In this document: positions 52,297 to 62,202 of the stretch, piece after piece
Layout of the letters: every line of letters begins with the position of its first letter
Position numbering within the stretch: the stretch's first letter is position 1
Assembly: GCA_035637095.1 (NCBI GenBank)
Contig: DASPXX010000345.1
Span: 1,660 to 65,659 of the forward strand
Length of the DNA stretch: 64,000 nucleotides
Direction: 5' to 3'
Source of the DNA: Thermoanaerobaculia bacterium
GTDB taxonomy: Bacteria > Acidobacteriota > Thermoanaerobaculia > Multivoradales > UBA5704
Notes under the pieces: generated by a model
What the model saw: only the letters and a program-made list of their open reading frames with translations
The model's database searches: none
What the model was told of the DNA's origin: nothing
Made by a program: the position numbers and the translations under genes

Positions 52297-53724
52297 ATGA
52301 GCGTACAGAGCCCGCGGATCGAGGAGGAGCCCGGCGCGGTCGAACCGGCCCCGGACTCCGGCGACGATGAGCGCGTCTGGCAGGAGGAGCTGGAGGTCGT
52401 GGTGCCGGTGTACGGCCCCGAGGACGTGCCGCCGCTCCTCGAAACGCTCCTCTATGCCTGGCAGCACACGCTGGTGGACGTCTCGCCGTACGTCCTGCCG
52501 ATGATTGTGGCGGGCGCCGTCGGCTATGGTGCCGAGCAGACGGCGGCGATGATCTCCGCCTGCCTCGTGCTGATGGGCGTGTCGACGTTCGCCAACGTGA
52601 CGTGGGGCAACCGGCTGCCCTCGGTTCTCGGACCTTCGGCGACCGACACGGGAGCAATGGCCACCGCCGGAGCGATCTATGGCGCTCCCGCGATGTGGAT
52701 GGCCGGCTTCATCGGCGGTCTGTTCGAGATCGTGGTGGGCGCGAGCGGCATGCTCGCGCCGCTGCGTCGCTTCCTACCGCCCTACGTCTGCGGCATCGTG
52801 GTCCTCACGATCGGCATCTCGCTCGCCCGCGTGGCCGGCGGCTGGATCTTCACGCACCCCGATCCGACCCTGCTCATGCTCGCCGCGGGCGCGGTCCTCT
52901 CGATCCTCGCGCTGACCGTCGTCGGGCACCACTTCGGGCTCGGGGTCCTTGCGCGCGGGGCCATCTTCTTCAGCCTGATCCTCTTCGGCGTGCTGATCGC
53001 CGGCTTCCTGGGCCTCGCCGACTTCGCCGCCGTGGCGAGCGCGCGCTGGTTCGGCCTGCCGCGGCTCTTCGCCTTCGGCGGTCCCGGCCTGGGATGGGAG
53101 CTCGCGGCGGGCGCGGTGTTCGGCGTCCTCGTCGGCTACATCGGCTCGATCAGCGAATCGATCGGCGACTACGCCGGCACCTGCGCCGTCTCCGGCATCG
53201 CCTACCGGGTACGGCACATGCGCCGCGGCATCACGGTCGAGGGGATCGCCTCGGTCATCGGTCCCCTCTTCGGCGGGCTGCCGCTGACCACCTACAGCCA
53301 GAACACCGGCGTCATCGCCACCACGCGCGTCGCCAGCCGCCGGGTGGTCCAGGTCGCGGCCGTGATCCTGCTTCTCTATGGGCTCTCCCCGAAGCTCGGG
53401 GCCTTGCTGGTGCTGATCCCGCGGCCGATCACCGGCGCGGTCTTCCTGGTGATCTGCGGCATGATCGCCACGGTCGGTTTGCGCCTCCTCGGCTGCGGCG
53501 CCAAGGACGAGGCCTGGCTCCTCACCACCGCGATCGCCCTGATCGCGGCCCTCACCCTGCCGCCCGTCGCCACCGCCCAGAAGGAGTGGTACGCGACGCT
53601 CCCTCCGATCGCCAAGCTCTTCCTCGGCAATGCCGTGGTGATCGCCATCACCCTGGGCATCCTGCTGAATGCGGTCTTCCGCGCCGTGCTCTCAGCAGCA
53701 ATTGACGATGGTACTAAGACGTAG
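52297..53724 (+). CDS. NCS2-family nucleobase:cation symporter (xanthine/uracil permease-like)
   Basis: About 12 TM helices. Motifs: YAWQHTLV, ...SQNTGVIATTRVASR.... Confidence 0.75.
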   Translation: MSVQSPRIEEEPGAVEPAPDSGDDERVWQEELEVVVPVYGPEDVPPLLETLLYAWQHTLVDVSPYVLPMIVAGAVGYGAEQTAAMISACLVLMGVSTFANVTWGNRLPSVLGPSATDTGAMATAGAIYGAPAMWMAGFIGGLFEIVVGASGMLAPLRRFLPPYVCGIVVLTIGISLARVAGGWIFTHPDPTLLMLAAGAVLSILALTVVGHHFGLGVLARGAIFFSLILFGVLIAGFLGLADFAAVASARWFGLPRLFAFGGPGLGWELAAGAVFGVLVGYIGSISESIGDYAGTCAVSGIAYRVRHMRRGITVEGIASVIGPLFGGLPLTTYSQNTGVIATTRVASRRVVQVAAVILLLYGLSPKLGALLVLIPRPITGAVFLVICGMIATVGLRLLGCGAKDEAWLLTTAIALIAALTLPPVATAQKEWYATLPPIAKLFLGNAVVIAITLGILLNAVFRAVLSAAIDDGTKT

Positions 53725-53773
53725 TACTATCGACACCTCGTTACAGCAAGGGTGAGTCCGAAAGGAGGAGGTC

Positions 53774-55495
53774 ATGATCCGAAGCTCCGGCGGTTGGGCT
53801 CGTTATAGGCCGGCCATAGCGTTTCTTGTCGCCCTGCTCGCGGTGCCGGTTGCAGGCGCGGCCCAGTCGATTACGATCGACTCTTTCACGACCAACCAGG
53901 CGAGCCTTTCGCTCACCTTCCCGCCAGCGGGCACCAGCGCCTCGTCGAGCGTCTCCGGCGCCGGCATCCTCGGCGGAGAGCGCGACCTGGAGATCAACCT
54001 GACCGCCGGCGTCATCGCCGGCAACGGCATGTCTGCCGTAGTCGGCAGCGGCTTCTTCTCGTACTCGCAGGACGCCACGATCTCGGGCACGGGCCGGATC
54101 CAATGGGATGGGACGGACGGCTCGGCGACTCTCAATCCCACCGGCCTCGGGGGTCTCGACCTGACCGCCGGCGGCAGCCAGGACGCATTCGTCCTCGACT
54201 TCACCTTCGATGACCTGCCGGTCGACGTGGTGATCGAGGTCTTCTCCGACGCCGGCAATGCCTCGTCGCTGACCCTCACGACACCCGGGCTGATCTTCTC
54301 GACGACCAACTTCGTCGTGCCGTACAGCGCGTTTACCACCAGCCTGGGCGCGGGAGCGGACTTCAGCAACGTCGGCGCCATCGTCCTGACCCTCGGCTCC
54401 AGCATCACCGCTCCGGACGTGGTCATCGATGACATCCAGACCACCTCGACTCTCACCGCATCCAAGACCGTCGCCATCATCAACGACGTGGATGGTGACG
54501 GCAATGCGGATCCCGGCGACACCTTGCGCTACACGGTCGTCGTGAGCAATCCCGACGACGCCTTCAATGCCGCGGCGACAGGGGTCCTGTATGGCAACGC
54601 GACCCCGGCCAACACCTCGCTGGTGACCGGCTCGGTGACCACCACGCAGGGGACCGTCACGGCCGGAAACGGCGGCGGGGACACCAGTGTGGGCGTGAAC
54701 CTCGGCACCATCGCCGATGGCGGGGGCGTCACGATCACCTTCGACGTCCTGATCAACAATCCCCTCCCGGCCGGCGTGACCCAGATCGTCTGCCAGGGAA
54801 CGGTCAGCAGCGACACCTTGACCAACCTGCTCACCGACGATCCCACCCCTCCCGGACCAACCGACCCGACGGTGATCCCGGTGGTCGCCGACCCGCTGAT
54901 CGTCGCGACCAAGGCGGACGCCCTGTTCGTCGACGGCAACAGCAATGGCATCGTCAACCCGGGCGACACCATCCGCTACACCGTGGTGATCACCAACAAC
55001 GGCAATGAGGACGCCAGCGGGGTCGTCTTCACGAGCGGCACCCCGGCCAACACGAGCCTCGTCGTCGGCTCGGTGACGACCACGCAGGGCACCGTCACCA
55101 CCGGCAACGGGGGCGGGGACACCAGCGTGGCGGTCAACATCGGTACGATTCCGGGGGGCGGCGGCAGCGTCACGATCCAGTTCCGGGTCACCATCGACGA
55201 TCCTCTGGCTGCCGGTGTGACCCAGATCATCTGTCAAGGATCGGTGACCGGAACGAACATCCCCTCGACCGTCACGGACGACCCCGACACCGCCGCGCCG
55301 AACGACCCGACGGTCACTCCGATCGTGGTCGACGTCGTCGTCCAAGAGATCCCCACCCTGGGCGAGTGGGGTCTCCTGGCGCTGATCCTGATGCTTTCGG
55401 GGCTCGCGCTCCGAGGGATGAGGAAGAGGGCTACGCAGGCAGTCGCACCAGCGAGCCCAGCAGATCCGCCACCCACGCGAGCTCGTCCTCGTTGA
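53774..55495 (+). CDS. Secreted DUF11-repeat protein with IPTL-CTERM sorting signal
   Basis: Signal peptide present. Two DUF11-like repeats of about 130 aa (PGDTLRYTVVVSN..., PGDTIRYTVVITN...). C-terminus: IPTLGEWGLLALILMLSGLALRGMRKR. Confidence 0.75.
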   Translation: MIRSSGGWARYRPAIAFLVALLAVPVAGAAQSITIDSFTTNQASLSLTFPPAGTSASSSVSGAGILGGERDLEINLTAGVIAGNGMSAVVGSGFFSYSQDATISGTGRIQWDGTDGSATLNPTGLGGLDLTAGGSQDAFVLDFTFDDLPVDVVIEVFSDAGNASSLTLTTPGLIFSTTNFVVPYSAFTTSLGAGADFSNVGAIVLTLGSSITAPDVVIDDIQTTSTLTASKTVAIINDVDGDGNADPGDTLRYTVVVSNPDDAFNAAATGVLYGNATPANTSLVTGSVTTTQGTVTAGNGGGDTSVGVNLGTIADGGGVTITFDVLINNPLPAGVTQIVCQGTVSSDTLTNLLTDDPTPPGPTDPTVIPVVADPLIVATKADALFVDGNSNGIVNPGDTIRYTVVITNNGNEDASGVVFTSGTPANTSLVVGSVTTTQGTVTTGNGGGDTSVAVNIGTIPGGGGSVTIQFRVTIDDPLAAGVTQIICQGSVTGTNIPSTVTDDPDTAAPNDPTVTPIVVDVVVQEIPTLGEWGLLALILMLSGLALRGMRKRATQAVAPASPADPPPTRARPR

Positions 55496-56075
55496 TGGTG
55501 TGCCCCAGGCCCGGGTAGATCCGTTCGGTCACCCGGGCCCCCATCCGCCGGAAGACCTCGGCGCTCTCGTGCACCCGCTCCTCCGGAACGTGCGGATCGC
55601 GGTCGCTGCAGCCGAGGAAGACCGGCGTGCCGTCGAGTGAGCCTTCATACTCTCGCGGCGTGCCGGGCGGACCGATCAGCCCGCCCGACAGCGCCACGAC
55701 TCCGGCGAAACGCTGTGCATGGCGCGCGGCGAATTCCAGCGACAGGCAGGCCCCCTGGGAAAACCCGAGAAGGACCGTACGCTCCGGAGGAATTCCCTGT
55801 GCGGCCAGCTTCGCGAGCACATCCTCCAGGAGCTCCAGCGCCGACGACAGATACGGCTCGTTGCGCTCGATCGGGGCCATGAAGCTGTACGGATACCAGG
55901 TGTACCCCGCCGCCTGCGGGGCCAGGTACGCCAGCTCCGGCCGGCCGAGCTCATCCGCGAGCGTCAGGATCGACTCCGCGGTCGCGCCCCGGCCATGCAC
56001 CATGACCACCGCCGCATCCGCCTCGCCTGGAGGCCGGCCCGCGATGACGACCGGCTGGCCGCGGTGGGGGCTCAT
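55431..56075 (-). CDS. Phospholipase/carboxylesterase-family alpha/beta hydrolase
   Basis: Nucleophile elbow GFSQGA. 214 aa. Confidence 0.8.
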   Translation of the reverse strand: MSPHRGQPVVIAGRPPGEADAAVVMVHGRGATAESILTLADELGRPELAYLAPQAAGYTWYPYSFMAPIERNEPYLSSALELLEDVLAKLAAQGIPPERTVLLGFSQGACLSLEFAARHAQRFAGVVALSGGLIGPPGTPREYEGSLDGTPVFLGCSDRDPHVPEERVHESAEVFRRMGARVTERIYPGLGHTINEDELAWVADLLGSLVRLPA

Positions 56076-57046
56076 TGCGCACCTCCTGCTTGAGCAGCGA
56101 GCTCCCGCACCTCGACCTTCGGCAGGATCTCCTCGATCCGCGCGCGGTCCGGCTCCAGCCAGGGCGGCAGCCGGAGCGAGCTCCCCAGAGTCTCCACCGT
56201 CTCGTCCGTTGTGAAGCCCGGCGGATCGGTCGCCAGCTCGAAGAGCACGCCGCCCCGCTCACGGAAGTAGATCGAGTGGAAGTACTGCCGGTCCATGACC
56301 GGGCTCACATGGAAGCCCTCCTCGGTCAGCTCCTCGTGCCAGGCCACCTGCGCCGGATCATCGGCCACCCGGAACGCCACGTGGTGCACCGTGCCCGCCG
56401 AGACATGGCCGCGCGGCGCATCCGGCCGGGCCAGGATGTCCACCCGCGCGCCGGGGCCGGCGTCTCCCGCCGCGAAGCGGAAGCGGTCCTTCCCCTCGCC
56501 CGCCGGCTGGAACCCCATCACGTCCCGCACCACCGCCGCCGTGACCTCCGGATTCCACTCGGTGAGCGTCACCCCGTCGAAGCCGCGGATCGCATGCGCC
56601 GCCGGCACCGGACCACCTGTCCACGGCTCCCGGCCGTCCCCGGCGCGGGCCACCAGCTCGAGCTTCAGGCCGTCCGGATCGAGCAGCGTGATCACCTCCT
56701 CGTCGAAGCCTTGCCGCGGCTTCGGCTCCTCCGCGGAGACACCGAGCTTCGCCAGGCGCTCCGCCCACCAACCCAGCGAGCCCTCGGGCACCGAAAACGC
56801 CGTGGCCGTGGCCATCCCGGCGCCATGGGTGCCGCGCTTCGCCATCGGCCAGGGGAAGAACGTGATGATCGTCCCCGGCCTGCCCTGCTCGTCGCCGTAA
56901 TAGAGATGGTAGGTCCCCGGATCGTCGAAATTCACCGTCTTCTTGACCAGCCGGAGACCCAGCACACCGGTATAGAAATCCACGTTCGTCTGAGGATCGC
57001 GCGCCAGCGCGGTGACGTGGTGGATGCCTTCGATCTGCTTGGTCAT
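56072..57046 (-). CDS. Ring-cleaving (extradiol-type, VOC-fold) dioxygenase
   Basis: Trimmed to MTKQIEGIHHVTALARDPQ (GGAGGGAAA SD). Two VOC modules. 4-nt overlap with the downstream hydrolase gene. Confidence 0.75.
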   Translation of the reverse strand: MTKQIEGIHHVTALARDPQTNVDFYTGVLGLRLVKKTVNFDDPGTYHLYYGDEQGRPGTIITFFPWPMAKRGTHGAGMATATAFSVPEGSLGWWAERLAKLGVSAEEPKPRQGFDEEVITLLDPDGLKLELVARAGDGREPWTGGPVPAAHAIRGFDGVTLTEWNPEVTAAVVRDVMGFQPAGEGKDRFRFAAGDAGPGARVDILARPDAPRGHVSAGTVHHVAFRVADDPAQVAWHEELTEEGFHVSPVMDRQYFHSIYFRERGGVLFELATDPPGFTTDETVETLGSSLRLPPWLEPDRARIEEILPKVEVRELAAQAGGAQ

Positions 57047-57113
57047 GAGCGTTTCCCTCCTCGCCCTGTGCAACGAAAACGTATTCCCGAGGGTGAGGGT
57101 GTACTCTTGGGTC

Positions 57114-59360
57114 ATGTCCCGCCTCATCGCCTTTGCCCGCCGCAGGGGGCTTGTGCCCCGCATCTCCGACACCGAGCGCCAGGCGCTCGAGGCGGGGACG
57201 GTCTGGGTCGACGGCGAGCTGTTCTCGGGCCGGCCGGATTTCCGGCGCCTCCTCTCCGAGCCGTATCCGCAGCTCACCGAGCGCGCTCTCGCGTTCCTCG
57301 ACGGCCCGGTCGAGGAGGTCTGCGCCATGGTCGACGAGTGGGAGCTGTCGCGCACCCGGGAGCTGCCGCCGGAGGTCTGGCGGTTCCTCAAGGAGAAGGG
57401 GTTCTTCGGCCTGGCGATCCCCGAAGAGTATGGCGGCCACGGCTTCTCCGCCCTCGCCCTCTCGACCATCTTCGGCAAGCTGGCGTCGCGCTCCCTGTCT
57501 CTCTCGGCGGTCGTCCTGATCCCCAATTCGGTGGGTCCGGGCGAGCTCCTTCTCCACTACGGCACACCGGAGCAGAAGGATCACTATCTCCCCCGCCTCG
57601 CCCGCGGCGAGGAGATCCCCTGCTTCGCACTGACCGAGCCCGAGGCCGGCTCCGATGCCGCGTCGATCCGCTCCGAGGGAATCCTGTTCCGCGACGGCCG
57701 GCTCGCCCTGCGCCTCACCTGGCAGAAGCGCTACATCACCCTCGCCCCGGTCGCTACGCTCCTCGGCCTCGCCTTCCGCCTGCGCGATCCCGAGAACCTC
57801 CTGGGCCGCGGCGAGGACCTCGGTATCACGGTCGCCCTCGTGCCCACCCACCTGCCGGGCATCCGCATCGGCGAGCGGCACGATCCGCTGGGCGTCCCTT
57901 TCCCCAACGGCCCGACCGAGGGGAAGGACGTCATCGTGCCCGCGGAAGCCATCCTCGGCGGCCTCGAACATGCCGGCAAGGGGTGGAAGATGCTCATGGA
58001 GGCCCTGTCGGCCGGCCGGGCCATCTCGCTGCCCGCCCAGTCGGTGGGCGGCGCCAAGGTCGTGGCGCGGGTCGCCGGCGCCTACAGCAGCGTCCGCCGG
58101 CAGTTCGGCCTCGACATCGGCCGCTTCGAAGGGATCGAGGAGCCGCTCGCCCGCATCGCGGGTCTGACCTATCTGATGGAGGCGGCGCGCGTCTGGACCT
58201 GTGGCGCCATCGACTCGGGCCACCGGCCGTCGGTCCTCTCGGCGATCTCGAAGTACAACCAGACCGAGCTGCTGCGCGCGCTGGTGCAGGACGGCATGGA
58301 CATCCTGGGCGGCGCCGCGATCTGCCGCGGGCCGCGCAACCTCCTGGCCAACGGCCACATGAGCGCTCCGATCGGGATCACGGTCGAAGGGGCCAACATC
58401 CTGACGCGAAGCCTGATCATCTTCGGCCAGGGAGCGCTGCGCGGGCACCCCTACGCCCTCTGCGAGGTCCACGCCCTGGAGGCGGGAGACGGCAAGGCGC
58501 TGCGCCGCACACTCTTCAAGCACGCCGGCTTCTTCCTGGGCAACCTCGTCCGCTCGGCTCTCCTCGGCGCCACCCGCGGCCGGCTGGCCCGCGCGCCGGT
58601 CGGGGGGCCTACGTCTCGATCTATTTCCAAATACTGGCGGCGGATCGCCTGGGCGTCCGCTCGCTTCGCCGTGCTCACCGATCTCGCCATGCTCTCGCTG
58701 GGCAGCCGGCTCAAGCTGCGCCAGAAGCTGACCGGCCGCCTGGCCGACGTCCTCTCCTGGCTGTACCTCGCCCTCTGCGCCCTGCGCCGCTTCGAGGCCG
58801 AGGGCCGGAGGGAGGAAGACCTGCCGCTCGTGCGCTGGAGCGTCGAGCACGCGCTGGCCCGCATCCAGACCGCCTTCGAGGGGATCTACCGGAACTTCGA
58901 AGGACCCGCCGCTCCCCTCCTTCGCTCGTTCGGAGCCTGGTGGTGCCGGACGAACCCGGTGGGCCAGCCGCCGTCCGACCAGCTGGGCGCCCAGGCCGCC
59001 GCTGCCCTGCGCCGCCCCGGCGAGCAGCGGGACCGCCTGACCGCCGGCCTGTTCATCCCGGCCGACCCGGGACAGGCATTGGGACGGCTGGAACGCGCAT
59101 TCGTCCTGGTCACCGAAGCCGCGCCAGTCCTGGAACGGATCGCGAAGGCCTCCCGCGCCGGTCAGCTCCCGGCCGGCGCGCCGGAGTCCCTCCTCGACGC
59201 CGCCCTCGGTGCCGGCCTTATCCAGAAGGACGAGGCCGAGCGAGTGCGAGAGGCGGCGTCCGCCCGGGAGGACGCGATCCAGGTGGACAGCTTCTCGCTC
59301 GCCGAGTACCTCCGCCTGAGCCAGGCCGACACCGACCTGCCCGCGGCCGTGTCGGCATAG
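57114..59360 (+). CDS. fadE: Large FadE-type acyl-CoA dehydrogenase
   Basis: Trimmed to MSRLIAFARRRG. Motifs: ...CFALTEPEAGSDA... and ...ITVEGANILTRSLIIFGQG.... 748 aa. Confidence 0.8.
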   Translation: MSRLIAFARRRGLVPRISDTERQALEAGTVWVDGELFSGRPDFRRLLSEPYPQLTERALAFLDGPVEEVCAMVDEWELSRTRELPPEVWRFLKEKGFFGLAIPEEYGGHGFSALALSTIFGKLASRSLSLSAVVLIPNSVGPGELLLHYGTPEQKDHYLPRLARGEEIPCFALTEPEAGSDAASIRSEGILFRDGRLALRLTWQKRYITLAPVATLLGLAFRLRDPENLLGRGEDLGITVALVPTHLPGIRIGERHDPLGVPFPNGPTEGKDVIVPAEAILGGLEHAGKGWKMLMEALSAGRAISLPAQSVGGAKVVARVAGAYSSVRRQFGLDIGRFEGIEEPLARIAGLTYLMEAARVWTCGAIDSGHRPSVLSAISKYNQTELLRALVQDGMDILGGAAICRGPRNLLANGHMSAPIGITVEGANILTRSLIIFGQGALRGHPYALCEVHALEAGDGKALRRTLFKHAGFFLGNLVRSALLGATRGRLARAPVGGPTSRSISKYWRRIAWASARFAVLTDLAMLSLGSRLKLRQKLTGRLADVLSWLYLALCALRRFEAEGRREEDLPLVRWSVEHALARIQTAFEGIYRNFEGPAAPLLRSFGAWWCRTNPVGQPPSDQLGAQAAAALRRPGEQRDRLTAGLFIPADPGQALGRLERAFVLVTEAAPVLERIAKASRAGQLPAGAPESLLDAALGAGLIQKDEAERVREAASAREDAIQVDSFSLAEYLRLSQADTDLPAAVSA

Positions 59361-59575
59361 GCTCCACAAGTGCTAGACTGACAGCGGGTGGCCGGGTTGT
59401 CCATCCGCACGGGTAACGAATCGTGCGTGAGTCGTGACCTGGATCACGGGCCGGCCCTCCGGATCGAGGTGACCCGGCAAACGGGATGGATTGGAGCCTG
59501 CCGCACACGAAAGTGTGAAGCGGGCACTTCAAAAAATCCAGACCGGCACACAATCAGGCCGCCCACTATCCACTC

Positions 59576-61375
59576 TCAGCTCTCTGAGGGAAGGCCCAGC
59601 AACTCCTCCACGGTCCGGCGGATTCCCAGGGCCACGTTCTTGAAGCCCTCATCCCGCGGCCGCCAGTTGATGACCGGCTTGCCCTCTTCGGGCAGGGCCT
59701 GGAGCTTCTCGAACGGCGCGAGCGACCAGTCCACCGGCCGCAGGATCACCGGGATCACGCGCGCCGTCCCCGCTTCGTGGCGCTCCATCGCCCGTTTCAC
59801 CTCCACGTCCTGGCTGTATCTGGACGCCATGAACGACTTGCTCACCAGGAAGAGGACGAGGTCGGCTTTCTCGAGGTTGTCGCTGATCTGGCCGGCCCAC
59901 TCTCTGCCCGCACCGATCTTCCGGTCGCTCCAGCCCTCGACGCGACCAGAGCTTTTCAGCCCGCTCAGATGCTCATCGAGTTGCTCTCGCAGCTCCTTGT
60001 CCTCATGGGCATAGGAGAAGAAGATGCGCACCTTCCGTGAGGTCCCAGGCTCCCGGCGGGCGGAAAGCTCGTCCTCTCGATCCGCCGGGTCGGGAAAGAG
60101 CGACTCGATCGCCTCGATCCTGCGGATGCGCTCCTGGAGCTCCCCGATCTCCTTCGCGACCTCGGGCCCCGACCGCGCGGAGTACCAGCGCTCGACCTCG
60201 TCGAGCCTCTGCCGGAGGAGCGCAGGCCGCACCGGGTTGCTGTAGGTCCACACGTCGCGGGCGAAGGCGTTGAGCACCCGCACCGGGAGCCTCTCGAGGA
60301 ACCGGAGAGACGAGATCGCCCGCAGGACCTCGCCCATGGTCTCGAGGAGCCGGAGCAGATAGTCGAAGCCGGTCCCCTGGCCGGGCAGCCAGGACGCGTC
60401 GAGCCGGCCCTCTCCCACGATCTGGCCGAGCTCCTCGATGAAGGCCTGCTCGGCGTAGGCGGCGGCCGACACGAGCTCGCGGGTCTCGGCCAGGACCTCC
60501 AGGCGCGCGATCCTTTTGTCCCGCGGCTCCAGGCCGGCGATCAGGAGCGCGACGTCCTGCCCCGCCACCGCCAGCGTCCTCTCCGTCCGCCAGGAGGAGG
60601 ACCGCAGCGCCTCGCTGAGACGGCTCTCCAGGAAGCCGGCCTGCTGCTCGTTGCCGGGCGCCAGCGACATCAGCCGGGCCAGCTCGGGGAGCCAGGGCGC
60701 AGGGTCGCTGCTCCCGGCGTCCCGCAGGCTGTAGACGGTTTGTGGCGGCTGCCAACGGCGATCCTCGTTTCCCTGGAGGAAAAGCGCCTTGTCGACCTGG
60801 TCGATGACGTCGAAAAAGAGCTCGCTCGGCGGCTTCGCCTGCCCTGCCGCGTCCACGAAGAGCAGGTCTTCCACGTGTTGTGCCATACGGGCGACGGCCT
60901 CGACGTCCACCGCCTCGCGAAAGGTCAGAGTCACAGTGACCTGGACGACCCCGGTCCCCGGCGGATAGATGCGGAGCCGGCCGCCGGCCTGGTGGTTCTC
61001 CACCAGGCCCCCCGCAGCTCCCAGGACCGTCTCGAGGTCGGAGCCAGGGGCAAAGCCGAGGGCCAGCCGGTCGGAGAGCGACAGCTCGAACGGGAGAAAA
61101 AACAGGGGCGAGGTCCCCGGCCGCCGCAGGTCCGGCACGCTGCCGCGCCAGAAGCGGTCCTGCGCGATCGCCACCGGGCGCAGCTTGCCCAGGTTGCCGA
61201 TCTGGATCTCCAGCGGCCGGTTGAGCGCCCGGCGCATCGCGGCCGGCTCGCGAATCGCCTTGAGAAAGCCCCGGGCACGGACACTGTCCGGATAGGTCAG
61301 CAGGTCGACCATCTGGAAGAGCTGCGAGATGGCGATCTGCACGACGCGGGTTCCGGGCAGCAGAGAAGCGCTCAT
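59576..61375 (-). CDS. TIR-domain protein with about 450-aa N-terminal domain of unknown function
   Basis: C-terminal TIR: KVRIFFSYAHEDKELREQL...ADLVLFLVSKSFMASRYSQDVEVKRAM...VIPVILRPVDW. I recognised no family for the N-terminal region. Confidence 0.75.
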   Translation of the reverse strand: MSASLLPGTRVVQIAISQLFQMVDLLTYPDSVRARGFLKAIREPAAMRRALNRPLEIQIGNLGKLRPVAIAQDRFWRGSVPDLRRPGTSPLFFLPFELSLSDRLALGFAPGSDLETVLGAAGGLVENHQAGGRLRIYPPGTGVVQVTVTLTFREAVDVEAVARMAQHVEDLLFVDAAGQAKPPSELFFDVIDQVDKALFLQGNEDRRWQPPQTVYSLRDAGSSDPAPWLPELARLMSLAPGNEQQAGFLESRLSEALRSSSWRTERTLAVAGQDVALLIAGLEPRDKRIARLEVLAETRELVSAAAYAEQAFIEELGQIVGEGRLDASWLPGQGTGFDYLLRLLETMGEVLRAISSLRFLERLPVRVLNAFARDVWTYSNPVRPALLRQRLDEVERWYSARSGPEVAKEIGELQERIRRIEAIESLFPDPADREDELSARREPGTSRKVRIFFSYAHEDKELREQLDEHLSGLKSSGRVEGWSDRKIGAGREWAGQISDNLEKADLVLFLVSKSFMASRYSQDVEVKRAMERHEAGTARVIPVILRPVDWSLAPFEKLQALPEEGKPVINWRPRDEGFKNVALGIRRTVEELLGLPSES

Positions 61376-61445
61376 CGGCTCATTCTACCTGCCGGCCGAG
61401 GCTCTCTCTGCTACGATCGCCGCGCAACTTTTCAGGGAGAGAGCG

Positions 61446-61919
61446 ATGGCGATCGAGATTGGACAGAAGATTCCGGACGTGAAGCTCAAGATGGTGGATG
61501 GCCAGGACGTCACCACGAGCGACCTGTGCCGTGGCAAGAAGGTCGTGCTCTTTGCCGTCCCGGGGGCCTTCACCCCCACCTGCTCCGACTATCACCTGCC
61601 CGGATTCATCGACCACGCCGACCAGATCCTGGCGAAGGGGGTCGACACCATCGCCTGTGTCGCGGTGAACGACCATTACGTCATGGGCGCCTGGGCCAAG
61701 GCCAAAGAGACGAATGACAAGATCCTGATGTTGGCGGACGGCAACGGCGACCTCGCGCGCGCCATGGGCCTGGAGTCGGACTCGCGTCCCTGGGGCATGG
61801 GCCTCCGCACCCGCCGCTATGCCGCGGTGATCGAGGACGGTGTGATCAAACAGCTGAACGTCGACCAGCCCGGCCGCCTGGAGATCAGCGCGGCCGAGGA
61901 GATCTTGAAGGGGCTGTAG
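61446..61919 (+). CDS. Prx5-subfamily peroxiredoxin
   Basis: Trimmed to MAIEIGQKIPDVKL. Motif: PGAFTPTCS. Confidence 0.85.
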   Translation: MAIEIGQKIPDVKLKMVDGQDVTTSDLCRGKKVVLFAVPGAFTPTCSDYHLPGFIDHADQILAKGVDTIACVAVNDHYVMGAWAKAKETNDKILMLADGNGDLARAMGLESDSRPWGMGLRTRRYAAVIEDGVIKQLNVDQPGRLEISAAEEILKGL

Positions 61920-61950
61920 GAAAGTATCTCGACAGACGCGGCCCTGAGGA

Positions 61951-62111
61951 CCTCACCCCCCGTCCCCCTCTCCCATCGCACACCCCTCCAACCGGGAGAG
62001 GGGGCGCCACCACCCAAGAAACTTCCAACGTCGAGTTTTTCGCATTGGGCGGGCCTCCCCCTCTCCCGGGGGAAGGGTGTGCGATGGGAGAGGGGGACCG
62101 AGGGGGTGAGG
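61951..62111. repeat. Nested long inverted repeat (35-37-bp outer arms plus 13-bp inner arms)
   Basis: Outer arms: 61951-61985 (CCTCACCCCCCGTCCCCCTCTCCCATCGCACACCC) and 62075-62111. Inner arms: CCGGGAGAGGGGG (61992-62004) and CCCCCTCTCCCGG (62056-62068). Confidence 0.8.
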
Positions 62112-62202
62112 TCGGGCGGTGGGACCGGCCGCGGTTGAAGCTCCACGATCTTTTCGCGAGGCCCACGAGGGGTGAGGTTCCGGGGGGAGGGGGCGCAATA
62201 CC

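Noticed and set aside
59361-59575. Structured convergent intergenic region (hairpins GCACGggtaacgaatCGTGC and CACACgaaaGTGTG with a GNRA loop) examined as a possible RNA gene (SRP, 6S, tRNA or riboswitch).
   Set aside because: No diagnostic motif was found: no SRP GGAAGCAGC-type loop, no tRNA T-loop, no riboswitch core that I recognise. It may just be 3' UTR or terminator structure. An Rfam scan would be needed.
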